This document shows, one piece after another, positions 48,613-59,176 of a stretch of 64,000 nt of DNA. Source of the stretch: Candidatus Babeliales bacterium. GTDB taxonomy: Bacteria > Babelota > Babeliae > Babelales > JACPOV01. The DNA lies in assembly GCA_050250855.1 (NCBI GenBank), contig JBFWNW010000003.1, positions 128,001 to 192,000 on the forward strand, written 5' to 3'. Position numbers and translations under genes: made by a program. Below the pieces are notes generated by a model. That model was not told the origin of the DNA. It was given only the letters and a program-made list of their open reading frames with translations, and did no database searches. Position 1 is the stretch's first letter; the number at the start of each line of letters is the position of its first letter.

Positions 48613-49934
48613 CGTTTAACCATCTTGCGTAGCACAAATACAACAGGCACACCAAGCAGATCAAATTGATCACGCATAACGTTTTCAAAAAATGCAAGCT
48701 GGCTTGGTCCAAACCACGTTGGATGATTTACTTTGACCAGCAACGTCAACGGTGCTGCCGAGATTTGTTTAACGCTTCGCACATGTAATAATTCACCAGA
48801 ATGATAAAGAGGCGTTCTATGCAATGCATCTTTAAAAAGCATCGTCAGTGTATGATCAGAAATTTTTTGGTTATAACGCTCCCAGACCTGTTTAATTAAA
48901 GGTAAAATTTTGCCAACATTTTTACCACTTTTGCATGAAATAAAAAGATGAGGAATCTTTTTGAACAATTGACGATAAAACTCAAATTGCTCTTCAAATT
49001 TTTCACGTATTTCTTCATCAACTAAATCTGTTTTATTAATCAGAAGAATAAGCGCTTTACCTTGTTCAAATGCATAAAAAGCTAATTTTAATTCTTGGTC
49101 ACTTAATTGTCCTTCAGAGCCATCAACCAACAATAAAACAATATCTGCATTATCAATAGCGGTGAATGATGTTTTGACCATCAATTTTTCTAGAGGCTCT
49201 TCCACTTTGCGCTTACGTCTAATTCCTGGCGTATCAGTCAAGGTAAATGTTTCTTGATAAAATTTTATCGGTTCAGTAATTGCTTCGCGCGTGGTACCTG
49301 GAATTTCGCTCACTAAAACACGTTCTTGCTCTAGCATAATATTCATGAGTGAAGATTTTCCAACGTTTGGCTTACCAATAAATGTTACACGCAAGGTTGG
49401 TTCTTCTTGTTTGCTTTGAGACTTTTCAGGAAGTACCGCAAGCAATGCATCAAGTACCTCTGCTATACCGGTACCATGCTGCGCAGAAATACCAAGAACA
49501 TCAGAAAAACCTAATTGAAAAAAATCATACGTATTTGCTTGTGCCTGTTGATTATCAATTTTATTAACGGCAATAATGACCGGTTTTCCTGTTTTGTGCA
49601 GCACTTTTGCAAGTTCACGATCTTCTACCGTAAGACCAGCGCTTCCATCAACAACAAAAAGTAATACATCCCCCTGATCTAATAAATTCAAACCAAGTAG
49701 ACGCACCTGCTCTGCCAAAGGATCTTGTGATTTTCTTAATGAAATACCACCACTATCAAGCAAGGTAAAGCAACGATCTTGCCAACAGATCACATCTTTT
49801 ACAAAATCTCGCGTTACCCCTTCATAATTAAGGGCAAGGCTTTTTACATTTTCTGACAAACGATTAAAAAAAGTAGATTTGCCAACGTTGGTACGACCAA
49901 CAATAATAACTTGGGGCAATTTATGCATGCTCAT
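48609..49934 (-). CDS. der: Ribosome biogenesis GTPase Der (EngA)
   Basis: Two G domains: GRTNVGKS/NKID and GKPNVGKS/DTPG/NKTD. Confidence 0.96.
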   Translation of the reverse strand: MSMHKLPQVIIVGRTNVGKSTFFNRLSENVKSLALNYEGVTRDFVKDVICWQDRCFTLLDSGGISLRKSQDPLAEQVRLLGLNLLDQGDVLLFVVDGSAGLTVEDRELAKVLHKTGKPVIIAVNKIDNQQAQANTYDFFQLGFSDVLGISAQHGTGIAEVLDALLAVLPEKSQSKQEEPTLRVTFIGKPNVGKSSLMNIMLEQERVLVSEIPGTTREAITEPIKFYQETFTLTDTPGIRRKRKVEEPLEKLMVKTSFTAIDNADIVLLLVDGSEGQLSDQELKLAFYAFEQGKALILLINKTDLVDEEIREKFEEQFEFYRQLFKKIPHLFISCKSGKNVGKILPLIKQVWERYNQKISDHTLTMLFKDALHRTPLYHSGELLHVRSVKQISAAPLTLLVKVNHPTWFGPSQLAFFENVMRDQFDLLGVPVVFVLRKMVKR

Positions 49935-51612
49935 CCTTTGGAACTTCCGTCACGGTGCCGGGAAAAATTTTTAATACTAAATTTGTTTTTTTCCATCTAT
50001 CAGTATCTGATACATCAATTGCTTTTTCTACTACCTTTTTTTGTGGAGATGCGTATAGAGGGCGCTTTTGAGAGCTGAACTTTTCTGGCTGTTGCGCTTG
50101 CTGCTTTGGTCTTGGTGCAACAGGTGGCCTTACTGTAGATAGTTCACGCGGTACAGGTGTTGTCTGCTTTGCTGGATCTGCAAATAGAGATTTGACGGTT
50201 GTTGTTGCGCCAAAAAGCTGCGCAATAATAGGCTGCCAATCTTTTGCCGTATCTTTAAGAAGATCTTCAAAAAATGAAAAGTTTTCAGGAAATATGAGGG
50301 TAATAATAGTATCTTCATGCGCAGCAAATCGCCCTTGCTTGAATACCGAAAAAACAAGTGGATCATTCAACAAGGAAACTTTTTCTAAAAAAGAATGCCA
50401 CAGCGGATTCCCTGCTGTTTGATTTTCTATCGGTGCTGCTTTTTGCGGTAACACCGTTGGCTTGACTGCATCTGAAGTATGTACCGAAGCTTTTTCACGT
50501 GATTGCGAACCATGATTACCACCTTTAACTTTTTGCGCTATGCATACTAAAACATATTCAAGCACAGCATGTTGGGCTCGCGTTTTTGCAAACAACAACT
50601 CATGATCGTAAAAAAGCTGTAAACATTCGGTGAAAAACTGAGTAGAATGGCGCTCTATCAATAGTGCTAATTCTTCAGAAAAAGAAACGGTGATACCATA
50701 TCCTGACCATAACGCCTTACGCATTAATTCTACACTTGCATCCCATGCAATTGATGCAGAAAAAGAATGGAATGAAATTTCCTGCATATAAGAAAGTGCT
50801 TGTGCAATGTTTCCTTGTAAAATAAAGGAAAACAGATGCATTAAACGCTCTTGATCCAAATGACCAAGTACACCCAATACAGCTTGCGCGCTCACCGTAC
50901 GTGCCGTAAAACGCACTTGCTCTAACAAGTTAAGGGCATCACGCACAGAGCCTTCTGTTTGTTTGACAATCAGCTCAAGCGCTTCTTTCTCATAGGAAAT
51001 TTCTTCTTTTGTGCAAACAAATTCTAAATGCTTTACTAATGCGGCAGAAGGTAATGCTTTGAAAAAAACTTGAAAGCAACGCGATGTTACGGTTTCTATA
51101 ATTTTTTGAGGATCGGTTGTTGCTAAAATAAAAAATACTGAAGCTGGTGGTTCTTCTAAAATCTTTAAAAAGGCATTAAAAGCTGCCTTACTGAGCATAT
51201 GGGCTTCATCAATCAGATAAATTTTTTTGCGCCCAAGCAGTGGCATAAGAGAAGCGGCATCAATAATGCTGCGTACATTATCAACGCCCGTATGAGAAGC
51301 GGCATCAATTTCTATAAAATCTGGATGGTTACCGCCTTTCATGGCACTACAAGAAGCACACGAAAGGCAAGGGATTGCTTCTTTAGGGTTTTTCTGAAAT
51401 ACCGGCAAATTTTGGCAATTAACCGCAGCAGCAAATATACGTGCTGCCGTTGTTTTTCCACAGCCTCGCTGGCCAGAAAAAAGATACACGGGGAAGTAAT
51501 GGTCCAGATATAAACTGTTTTTTAGCATACGTACTGGCAGCTCTTGCCCAACGATTTCATTAAAGGTACGGGAGCGCCATTTACGTGCTAAGTTTAACTT
51601 TATTTCACTCAT
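49921..51612 (-). CDS. dnaX: DNA polymerase III subunit gamma/tau
   Basis: LARKWRS..F.EIVGQ, GQRGCGKTT, IEIDAAS, DEAHML, LEEPP. Confidence 0.96.
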   Translation of the reverse strand: MSEIKLNLARKWRSRTFNEIVGQELPVRMLKNSLYLDHYFPVYLFSGQRGCGKTTAARIFAAAVNCQNLPVFQKNPKEAIPCLSCASCSAMKGGNHPDFIEIDAASHTGVDNVRSIIDAASLMPLLGRKKIYLIDEAHMLSKAAFNAFLKILEEPPASVFFILATTDPQKIIETVTSRCFQVFFKALPSAALVKHLEFVCTKEEISYEKEALELIVKQTEGSVRDALNLLEQVRFTARTVSAQAVLGVLGHLDQERLMHLFSFILQGNIAQALSYMQEISFHSFSASIAWDASVELMRKALWSGYGITVSFSEELALLIERHSTQFFTECLQLFYDHELLFAKTRAQHAVLEYVLVCIAQKVKGGNHGSQSREKASVHTSDAVKPTVLPQKAAPIENQTAGNPLWHSFLEKVSLLNDPLVFSVFKQGRFAAHEDTIITLIFPENFSFFEDLLKDTAKDWQPIIAQLFGATTTVKSLFADPAKQTTPVPRELSTVRPPVAPRPKQQAQQPEKFSSQKRPLYASPQKKVVEKAIDVSDTDRWKKTNLVLKIFPGTVTEVPKDEHA

Positions 51613-51669
51613 AGTAGTTTAAGAATAGAGCAAAAAGAGAAATTTGCCAAAGTATACTTAAAAATCCTG

Positions 51670-51882
51670 CTAATCTTGCTTTTCTTTTTGACTTAGATCA
51701 GTAGAACTCACGTGACCGTACTGTTGATTTTGTACGTCATTGACCGGTGGGGTTATTAATCCTTTTTCTTGGAAATAGTGCCACAAAAATTCCAGGCAAT
51801 TTGAACAACCCTCTGCTTCATCCATACCTTGTACTGCAAAAACCATGCTACATGCTACTACTAATAAGAACTTCTTCATCAA
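51670..51882 (-). CDS. Small secreted hypothetical protein
   Basis: GAGG RBS; signal peptide VQG|MDE. Confidence 0.6.
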   Translation of the reverse strand: MMKKFLLVVACSMVFAVQGMDEAEGCSNCLEFLWHYFQEKGLITPPVNDVQNQQYGHVSSTDLSQKEKQD

Positions 51883-51898
51883 AAAACCTCAAAAAAAA

Positions 51899-51984
51899 TG
51901 GGAAGCGATACAAGATATTTTACACTTCTGCTGCTTCGTTTCCGACCTGACAGGGTGAGCATAAAAAACCTTTATTGCTTCCCA
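51899..51984 (-). ncRNA. ffs: Signal recognition particle RNA (small, 4.5S type)
   Basis: Reverse complement has a GGGAAGC...GCTTCCC terminal stem and the domain IV motif TCAGGTCGGAAACGAAGCAGCA; lies upstream of dnaX. Confidence 0.9.
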
Positions 51985-52084
51985 AACTTATAATTTCATT
52001 AACAAGATATTGTTATGGTATCTTATTTTATAAAAAAAACAACCGAAAAATAAAAGGCCCGCTACGCGCGACGGCGGATGGCCG

Positions 52085-52250
52085 TGCCATACGTAGCTTT
52101 AGCGAAGTTAGACTTCTGTATTAAGTTCGGCCCTACTACGCCAAGGCTTCGAAGGGCATACTTCGCTTTCGTTTTCTTTAGTTAATCGTTCTTATTATAT
52201 CAACCTTTAAAAAGGATGGCCTGCCATACGTAGCTTTAGCGAAGTATGGC
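52085..52250. repeat. tRNA-adjacent hairpin repeat cluster
   Basis: 24-bp exact direct repeat TGCCATACGTAGCTTTAGCGAAGT at 52085 and 52222; related CCCTACTACGCCAAGGCTTCGAAGGG at 52131. Confidence 0.75.
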
Positions 52251-52338
52251 GGAGAGAGAGGGATTCGAACCCTCGATGCCTTTTTAGAGACATACACGAT
52301 TTCCAATCGTGCTCCTTCGACCGCTCGGACATCTCTCC
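52247..52338 (-). tRNA. tRNA-Ser(GGA), CCA encoded
   Basis: Reverse complement GGAGAGATGTCCGAGCGG...CACGA-TTGGAAA-TCGTG, long variable arm, GGTTCGAATCC...CTCTCCGCCA. Confidence 0.96.
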
Positions 52339-52349
52339 AACCTTTTAGT

Positions 52350-53201
52350 CTATTTTTTTGCAGTTTTTACCGGCTCTTTAGTTTTCATTTTCTTAAGAAC
52401 AGGTTTTTCTGCTTTTTCTTTTTTAGATGTTGTTTCTTCTTCTTCATCTAATACTGCTACATCAGTCTCTGCAGCTTTAATTTCTTCAACCGTTGGCTTT
52501 TTCTGCTCTTTAGGTTTACTTACAGATGCCTGCTGACCTTTTTGAACTGCTTGCGCAAGATAGTCTAAAATAATGCTAATTGATTTTGGCGCATCATCAT
52601 TGCATGGGATAACATAATCAACCGCGCTTGGATCGCTATTTGTATCTACTAATGCAACAACAGGAATTCCCATGCTCATTGCCTCACGCAATGCTGTTGA
52701 CTCTTTTTTGACATCAACAAGAACAATAGCCGCCACAGGCCAGCTCATATTAATAATTGAGCCGATGTTTTTGTTAAGGCGGTCAATGCTCTTTTGCATA
52801 ACGCCAAGCTCTTTTTTAGTATAATGTGCATGCTCAGTTTTTTTGACAACATCCTCAAGATGCAACAGCTTAGTGAATGATTTTTTCACTTGGGGATTAT
52901 TAGTAAGCGTACCACCAATCCAACGATGTGTTACAAAAGGATTGTTAAGCTTTTCGCCTACTTGCTTGATAATCCCTTGAGCAGCTTTCTTGGTACCAAT
53001 CCACATAATGGTTTTACCTTCTGCTGCAACATTTTCTAGAAATTTAGCAGCACGATCTAACTGACGAGCTGTTTTTGAAACATCAATAAGATGTATGCCA
53101 TCACGGTAGCCCCAAATATAAGGTTCCATTTTAGGGTTCCAGCGAGACATTTTGTGTCCAAAGTGGACACCTGCTTCTACAAGCTTTTTATAATCGATCA
53201 T
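52350..53201 (-). CDS. rpsB: 30S ribosomal protein S2
   Basis: AGVHFGH...WNPKM, RWIGGTLTN, VDTNSDP, IPCNDD. Confidence 0.97.
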   Translation of the reverse strand: MIDYKKLVEAGVHFGHKMSRWNPKMEPYIWGYRDGIHLIDVSKTARQLDRAAKFLENVAAEGKTIMWIGTKKAAQGIIKQVGEKLNNPFVTHRWIGGTLTNNPQVKKSFTKLLHLEDVVKKTEHAHYTKKELGVMQKSIDRLNKNIGSIINMSWPVAAIVLVDVKKESTALREAMSMGIPVVALVDTNSDPSAVDYVIPCNDDAPKSISIILDYLAQAVQKGQQASVSKPKEQKKPTVEEIKAAETDVAVLDEEEETTSKKEKAEKPVLKKMKTKEPVKTAKK

Positions 53202-53211
53202 AATATCCTTT

Positions 53212-53296
53212 CAGGTTATATCGATCGCCTTCTGGGTTTGGCCTACACAGGCCAATAACCACCCGATTTACAAAGAAGGCAAGAGTTAATAAGTGT
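53212..53296 (-). promoter_or_regulatory. Structured rpsB leader (S2/t44-like autoregulatory RNA)
   Basis: Reverse complement ACAC...GCCTTCT/AGAAGGC outer stem, TTGGCCT/AGGCCAA inner hairpin, TAACC before the RBS. Confidence 0.6.
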
Positions 53297-53331
53297 AGCA
53301 AATAGTTTAAAAATCACAATCAAAAGCTGCT

Positions 53332-54732
53332 TTAGCTCCCAATAACCTCATTATTCTTGACAGCACGAGCATAGCGTTTACCCAATAAATAGGCAGTTGC
53401 CAACCAACCAATAATAACAAGTATGAAGGTCGAGCCGTGAACTACAAACTGCATAACCGGCCCAACAAAGTCTGAAATAATATTGAATACAGACCCGCAA
53501 CCTCGTGCCATTTTTGATCCAAAAGCATCAATCCATGCCTTGGATTTAAATTTAATATCTTTAACAGTAGGAATATACAAGCTTTCTCTAACCGGCATTG
53601 CAAACGCATAATTCACTGATTTCATCATAACAAAAACCAAGGTTAACGTTAGAGGGGAAGGCCACACCCAAAAAAACAAAAGAAGCAAGCCATTTACTGC
53701 AGGAATAAACAATAAGCAAAAACGTTCACCTAAAAAGCGCATCATATTTCTCGTTCCTATCAAAGAAATAAAAAATCCTGCAAGATGCATAGAAAACATT
53801 TGTTGGTACAAACGATAGCTAATATCAGAAACAGAGCTAGCATCTAATTGCACAACCACAAGGCGCTGATAACTTAAAATTGCATTCAACACTTCGTAAA
53901 AAAAGAGCATACCAAAAATCCCTAATATATAAGGACGACTGAACAACATGGTCAATCCGGACCAAAGACCAAGACTCTCTTCTTTTTCTACTTTCTTTTC
54001 TTTTTCTTTCTCTTTTTCTAGTTGATAAACCGCTTCATAGCCATGTAAAAAACTACCAGGAACAGATTTCATAAGATATTTAACAACGAAAGGAATTACT
54101 AATGCAAAACATGAAAAGACTATCAATAAAATTTGATGATTGACAACATCAGAAAAAAATGGCTTTCCACTAACATCTCGCATTGTCAAAAAAAACCATG
54201 CAAAGCCTGCACTTAAAATACCACCTAGCTTTGAGCCTGATACTAAAACGCCATAATTCTTTTTGGCCATCTGAGGATCACTCACTGAATTCGAGAATGC
54301 CCAGAATACACTCACCACAAAAGGAGAATATCCTTCTACAAAAAAATAAAACACCCAGCCAAACAAACGCCATGGACTTGCATCAGTATTTAACAACCCA
54401 ATAGTCGGATGCCCAATAACATACGCACATATAAAGCCAAAAATTGCATAGGCAATGCTATAAAAATAAAGAAGCTGATAACGGCGAAGTTTATCAACAA
54501 GTAATGAATAAAAAAGAATGGCTGGTATAAGAACAACCATTGCCAAACCTTTGGCATAGGGAACATATTCTCTGCCAACAACGGTCATAAAAATTGAACT
54601 TTTTAGATCATAGATCATGGTATATGCAGCAATCACAAATAAATAAGTAAGTGATAGTAACATAATTTTTGTTCGTTCATGTTTTTCTTTGCCAAACAGA
54701 GAAACCGATATCTGTGAAAGCACCTGATTCAT
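53332..54732 (-). CDS. TLC/Npt-family nucleotide translocase (2 of 3, divergent)
   Basis: DLKSSIF, SVFWAF, KSVNYAF..P.RESLYIPT..IKFKSKAWIDAFGSK; start moved to MNQVLS. Confidence 0.85.
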   Translation of the reverse strand: MNQVLSQISVSLFGKEKHERTKIMLLSLTYLFVIAAYTMIYDLKSSIFMTVVGREYVPYAKGLAMVVLIPAILFYSLLVDKLRRYQLLYFYSIAYAIFGFICAYVIGHPTIGLLNTDASPWRLFGWVFYFFVEGYSPFVVSVFWAFSNSVSDPQMAKKNYGVLVSGSKLGGILSAGFAWFFLTMRDVSGKPFFSDVVNHQILLIVFSCFALVIPFVVKYLMKSVPGSFLHGYEAVYQLEKEKEKEKKVEKEESLGLWSGLTMLFSRPYILGIFGMLFFYEVLNAILSYQRLVVVQLDASSVSDISYRLYQQMFSMHLAGFFISLIGTRNMMRFLGERFCLLFIPAVNGLLLLFFWVWPSPLTLTLVFVMMKSVNYAFAMPVRESLYIPTVKDIKFKSKAWIDAFGSKMARGCGSVFNIISDFVGPVMQFVVHGSTFILVIIGWLATAYLLGKRYARAVKNNEVIGS

Positions 54733-54781
54733 CAAAAAATCCCCTAGACTTAATTCATTCAAAAACAGTTTAGCTACAAAA

Positions 54782-54812
54782 ATAGCCTTCCAAAGCAAAT
54801 CTGGAAGGCTAT
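54782..54812. terminator. Hairpin between the two adjacent NTT genes
   Basis: ATAGCCTTCCA-AAGCAAATC-TGGAAGGCTAT. Confidence 0.5.
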
Positions 54813-54837
54813 AATTTATTAGTTCATCATAACAAAC

Positions 54838-56220
54838 TTAACAAATAACTTCTTTGCGTTTGATTGCAGTATTATACGTACGAGCAACGTACACCGCAAT
54901 AAAGAACCAAACACCAATAAGCCCTAGAGAAATTACAGAACTTACTACAATAAACCATGCGGCACCATCAAGATATCCTTGGTTCTTGATGAAGAGGCCA
55001 CGATAGTCATTGATATATGAACCTGCAGCTTTTGAACCGCGAGAACCAAACATCTCAATCCATGCTTGAGATTTATATTTAGTATCCGTTGAAGTTGGAA
55101 TATAAAGCTGCTTTAAAGTTGGTTGATTTAATGCATAGTTAACCGCTTTTGCAATTACCATGATCCAGAACACTATTGATAAACTTGGATCCGCATAAAG
55201 AACAAATACTGCTGTACCCACCAAAAGAGGCATCAATACTAATGAAGCAGTCATACCCATTTTACGTTGAATATTGTTAATACCAAAAATAACACACAAG
55301 GTAGCTACTACGCCAGTCATCACTGCATAATTATTTAAATATTCAGCATGATCAATTTCAATCGGGAATGCAGCTTTTGACATAGCTTTAAGCAAGAAGT
55401 CAAAAATGGTAACAATTACTTCGTAAATAGAAACAACTAAGAAAATACCAAGCAAATATGGCTGTGTTAAAAGAAGCTTTAAGCCCTCCCAGAAGCCAGG
55501 CTCTTCACCTTCGCGTTTTGCAGCTGTGTCTTTTGATTCAAAACCTTTTAGCTGTCTTTTTGGTGTTGTCTTTAAGAATAGCCACATTAAGAATGCCATA
55601 CCAAAACAAAAAACACCTACAATAGCAATAATAGGGCTACTGTTTGCAAAACCTAAACGCTTTGCACGCAAGAAGTATGGCCCAAAAATATTACCCATTT
55701 GACCTAGCAATGCAATAATAGGAAAACCACGTCTTGCAGAATCTTCCGGCGTAATATCAACAGTAATCGCCCAAAAGAGCGCTACAATTAATGAACCAAA
55801 GCTTTCTACAAATACATACCACAACCAACCAATGATTCGTGTTGAATCAGTTGTAGTATTTGGCAAGCCGTATACAGGATGGCTTAGATAGTATGCAAAG
55901 ACTAAGCTTGCGATACCATAAAAAACGGTCAATACATAGAAAAGCTTTTGACGTGGAAACATGTCAATCAATTTGCTATAGATAATTACCAAAGGAACGA
56001 TGATAAGCAAAGAAAGCCACTTTGCGCGAGGTTGCCAGTCAACACCCACAATAGCTGCAAAGATACTATCTTTTATCGGACGGAACGCCCAGTAAGAACC
56101 AATAATAAGACCAAAAATAGCACCTAAGAAAAGAAATTTTTGCAACTCTTCTCTACTCTCAAACTCACCCCACATTGAAGTGGCAAAACTTTTTAAACGA
56201 GAAACAACACCGTTTAACAT
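54838..56220 (-). CDS. TLC/Npt-family nucleotide translocase (3 of 3)
   Basis: RPIKDSIF, VESFGSL.VALFW, KAVNYALNQP..KQLYIPTS..KYKSQAWIEMFGSR. Confidence 0.88.
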   Translation of the reverse strand: MLNGVVSRLKSFATSMWGEFESREELQKFLFLGAIFGLIIGSYWAFRPIKDSIFAAIVGVDWQPRAKWLSLLIIVPLVIIYSKLIDMFPRQKLFYVLTVFYGIASLVFAYYLSHPVYGLPNTTTDSTRIIGWLWYVFVESFGSLIVALFWAITVDITPEDSARRGFPIIALLGQMGNIFGPYFLRAKRLGFANSSPIIAIVGVFCFGMAFLMWLFLKTTPKRQLKGFESKDTAAKREGEEPGFWEGLKLLLTQPYLLGIFLVVSIYEVIVTIFDFLLKAMSKAAFPIEIDHAEYLNNYAVMTGVVATLCVIFGINNIQRKMGMTASLVLMPLLVGTAVFVLYADPSLSIVFWIMVIAKAVNYALNQPTLKQLYIPTSTDTKYKSQAWIEMFGSRGSKAAGSYINDYRGLFIKNQGYLDGAAWFIVVSSVISLGLIGVWFFIAVYVARTYNTAIKRKEVIC

Positions 56221-56655
56221 AAAAATGGAACCTTTCCTTTAAACAAAGGGAAATAAATGTAACACGTCCGAACACGATTTCACCAAGGATTGTAGCAAAA
56301 GATTAAGCATTTGTAAAAATATTTACTCTTTTAAGGCCATAAAAAGCACTTTTTAACGCAAAAATCACAACAACCCTGCCTACAAAACCCTCTTTCCTAT
56401 TTTTTCATAAAAACACCTCCTTAAAGATACAAAACAGCCTAATTACTTGGAATTTTCACGTTATTATTAAGTTTACTATTCTCTTAATATTTGGTAAAAT
56501 TTTAGTAGCATAAAAATGGAGGATTTTACCTACTTTTAGAGAAAAAACAGGTTCAAAGAGCCCTTATAGACAAGCCCATTTGACCAAAATAGAAATTTTT
56601 AATAAAATTATACCAAGAGCTAGTTTCAAATAGAAAATTAAGTGAGGAATGCCCT

Positions 56656-59088
56656 ATGAATTCAGAAATTATTAACCAACAGCCCCTGCACCAACCCCCT
56701 CTGCACAATATGCTACCTCTTTTACCGCTTAAAAATGTAGTCATATTGCCTAAGACTATCGTGCCTATAATTGTTGGACGAGAGATTTCTGTAAAGGCTG
56801 TGGAAGAGGCATTAAGAGGTGATGGCTCTATTTTTATCTCCACTCAAAAGGATGGCGAGGTAGAAAACCCTACCCAAAAAGATGTTTTTGAGTATGGTAT
56901 ACGTGCCACTATCCTTCAGGTTCCCAAAGAAGAACAACGCCGTTATAATGGTATGTTTAAAATCTTGGTAGAAGGCCTTTCTCGAGCAAAAATAGTAAGC
57001 TCTCATGTTGAAAATGGCTTTATTATGGTTACCTGCCAAGACCTTCCTACAACAAATCTAGAGCTTTCTACCCATATGCAGGCATTATGGCGCTATGCAA
57101 AAGGACTCTATGAAAGCTATGCTCGTCTTAATGAAAAAATCCCCGCCGATTTAATGAGCTTGGCAAAAACAGCAGAAGATATGGATACTATTGCAGATAC
57201 TATTGCTGTTCATTTAAATCTTTCTTTTTTTGATCGCCAAGAACTTGTTGAAACAGTTGATCTTAAAGAACGTTTAACAAAACTTAGCAAATTCTTAGCA
57301 CAAGAAATCGAAATTCTTGAAACAGAAAAACGTATTAAAGGCCGCGTTCAAAATCAGGTTGAAAAAAATCAACGTGAATATTATTTAACAGAACAAATTA
57401 AAGCTATCCAAAAAGAGCTTGGCCGTGATGATCATCAACATGATATTAATGAAATTCGTGCAAAAATAAAAACGCTTGGCTTGCCAGAAGAAGTCTATGA
57501 AAAGACAGAAAAAGAGTTAAAGCGCTTAGATCAGATGCCACCTCTTTCTGCTGAAGCAGTTGTTTCTCGTAACTATGTTGACTGGGTAATTTCATTACCA
57601 TGGAATAAACAAAGTAAAGATCGCATTAGCTTGGCCCAAGCCGAAAAAATTTTAAATCAAAAACATGCAGGCTTAAGCAAAGCAAAAGAACGTATTATCG
57701 AGTTCTTGGCTGCAAAAAAATATTCTAAATCGTTAGAACGCTCCCCTATTATTTGCCTTGTAGGAGCTCCAGGTGTTGGTAAAACATCACTTGCTTCTTC
57801 TATTGCAGAAAGTTTGGGGCGTGAATTTGTACGTATCTCTTTAGGTGGTATTCGCGATGAAGCTGAAATTCGTGGTCATCGCAGAACCTATATTGGTGCA
57901 TTACCAGGAAAAATTTTACAAGCCATGCGTAAAGCAAAAACAGTAAACCCAGTTATTTTGCTTGATGAGATTGATAAAATGACCCGTGATATTCATGGTG
58001 ATCCTGCTGCCGCATTACTTGAGGTACTTGACCCAGAACAAAACAAAAATTTTGTAGATCATTTTCTTGAAGTTGAATATGACCTTTCAAAGGTTATGTT
58101 TATTGCTACTGCCAATATGATTGATACTATTCCGTTACCGCTTTTTGACCGTATGGAAATTATCACGTTACCTGGTTATATCGACGAAGAAAAAGTTACC
58201 ATCGCTCGAAAATTCTTGATCCCTAAAGGACTTAAAGAACACAGTTTGGATGCTCATGCTTTTAAAATAAGCGATGAGCTTTTAGAGCATCTTGTTTCTT
58301 ATTACACGCGAGAAGCTGGGGTCCGTCAGCTAGAACGAGTTTTAAATAAACTTATGCGCAAAGTTATTCAAGAACTACTCAACAAACCAGAAAAAAAATC
58401 GGTCGCTATAACTAAAGAGTTGATTGTTGAGTGGCTTGGCTATCAAAAATACAAAAAAACATCACTTGACCATTCAAAAGATCGCTGTGGACTTGCTACA
58501 GGACTTGCTTGGACAGAAGTTGGTGGTGATATTTTAGAGATTGAATCTACCGTGCTTCCTGGCAAAGGTAATGTAACCCTAACAGGACAGCTTGGTGAAG
58601 TAATGCAAGAATCTGCTCAGGCAGCATTAAGCTATATTCGCTCTCGCTCAGCTGCACTTGGAATTAATGCTTCGTTCCACTCAAATAAGGACATTCACGT
58701 TCATTTACCAGAAGGTGCAACCCCTAAAGATGGCCCATCTGCTGGTATTACCATGTGTGCGGCTTTAGTTTCTATGCTTACTAAAAACCCTACCAAAGCG
58801 GCTGTTGCCATGACAGGTGAAATAACCTTGCGTGGCCGCGTATTGGCAGTTGGTGGCCTTAAAGAGAAACTTTTAGCTGCTCAACAACATGGGATGAAAA
58901 CCGTTCTTGTTCCTAAAGAAAATGAAGATGACATTAATGAAATGTCTAAAGAAGTGAAAACTAGCCTTTCTATCATCTTTGTTGAAAATATGGATGAAGT
59001 ACTTAAGCATGCATTGGTTAATGACCCTTTCATTCTTAAGCCAAAAAGAAAAAGAAAAAAAAGAACTAAAAAGAAAAGTAAGAAGTAA
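56656..59088 (+). CDS. lon: Lon protease
   Basis: [30 protein letters not shown]. Confidence 0.97.
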   Translation: MNSEIINQQPLHQPPLHNMLPLLPLKNVVILPKTIVPIIVGREISVKAVEEALRGDGSIFISTQKDGEVENPTQKDVFEYGIRATILQVPKEEQRRYNGMFKILVEGLSRAKIVSSHVENGFIMVTCQDLPTTNLELSTHMQALWRYAKGLYESYARLNEKIPADLMSLAKTAEDMDTIADTIAVHLNLSFFDRQELVETVDLKERLTKLSKFLAQEIEILETEKRIKGRVQNQVEKNQREYYLTEQIKAIQKELGRDDHQHDINEIRAKIKTLGLPEEVYEKTEKELKRLDQMPPLSAEAVVSRNYVDWVISLPWNKQSKDRISLAQAEKILNQKHAGLSKAKERIIEFLAAKKYSKSLERSPIICLVGAPGVGKTSLASSIAESLGREFVRISLGGIRDEAEIRGHRRTYIGALPGKILQAMRKAKTVNPVILLDEIDKMTRDIHGDPAAALLEVLDPEQNKNFVDHFLEVEYDLSKVMFIATANMIDTIPLPLFDRMEIITLPGYIDEEKVTIARKFLIPKGLKEHSLDAHAFKISDELLEHLVSYYTREAGVRQLERVLNKLMRKVIQELLNKPEKKSVAITKELIVEWLGYQKYKKTSLDHSKDRCGLATGLAWTEVGGDILEIESTVLPGKGNVTLTGQLGEVMQESAQAALSYIRSRSAALGINASFHSNKDIHVHLPEGATPKDGPSAGITMCAALVSMLTKNPTKAAVAMTGEITLRGRVLAVGGLKEKLLAAQQHGMKTVLVPKENEDDINEMSKEVKTSLSIIFVENMDEVLKHALVNDPFILKPKRKRKKRTKKKSKK

Positions 59089-59176
59089 AAAAAACTAAAA
59101 ATTTTTATTTACTTCTTTTTCTCAAGAGTATTATATTCATTTCCAGTACAAGAATTTATTTTGTATAAAAAAGGAT

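Noticed and set aside
48609..49934. Duplicated GTPase domain
   Set aside because: Normal architecture of Der/EngA
52309..52536. 75-aa + strand ORF and the many other short overlapping ORFs in the track
   Set aside because: They overlap well-supported genes or the tRNA on the other strand or frame and lack recognisable motifs
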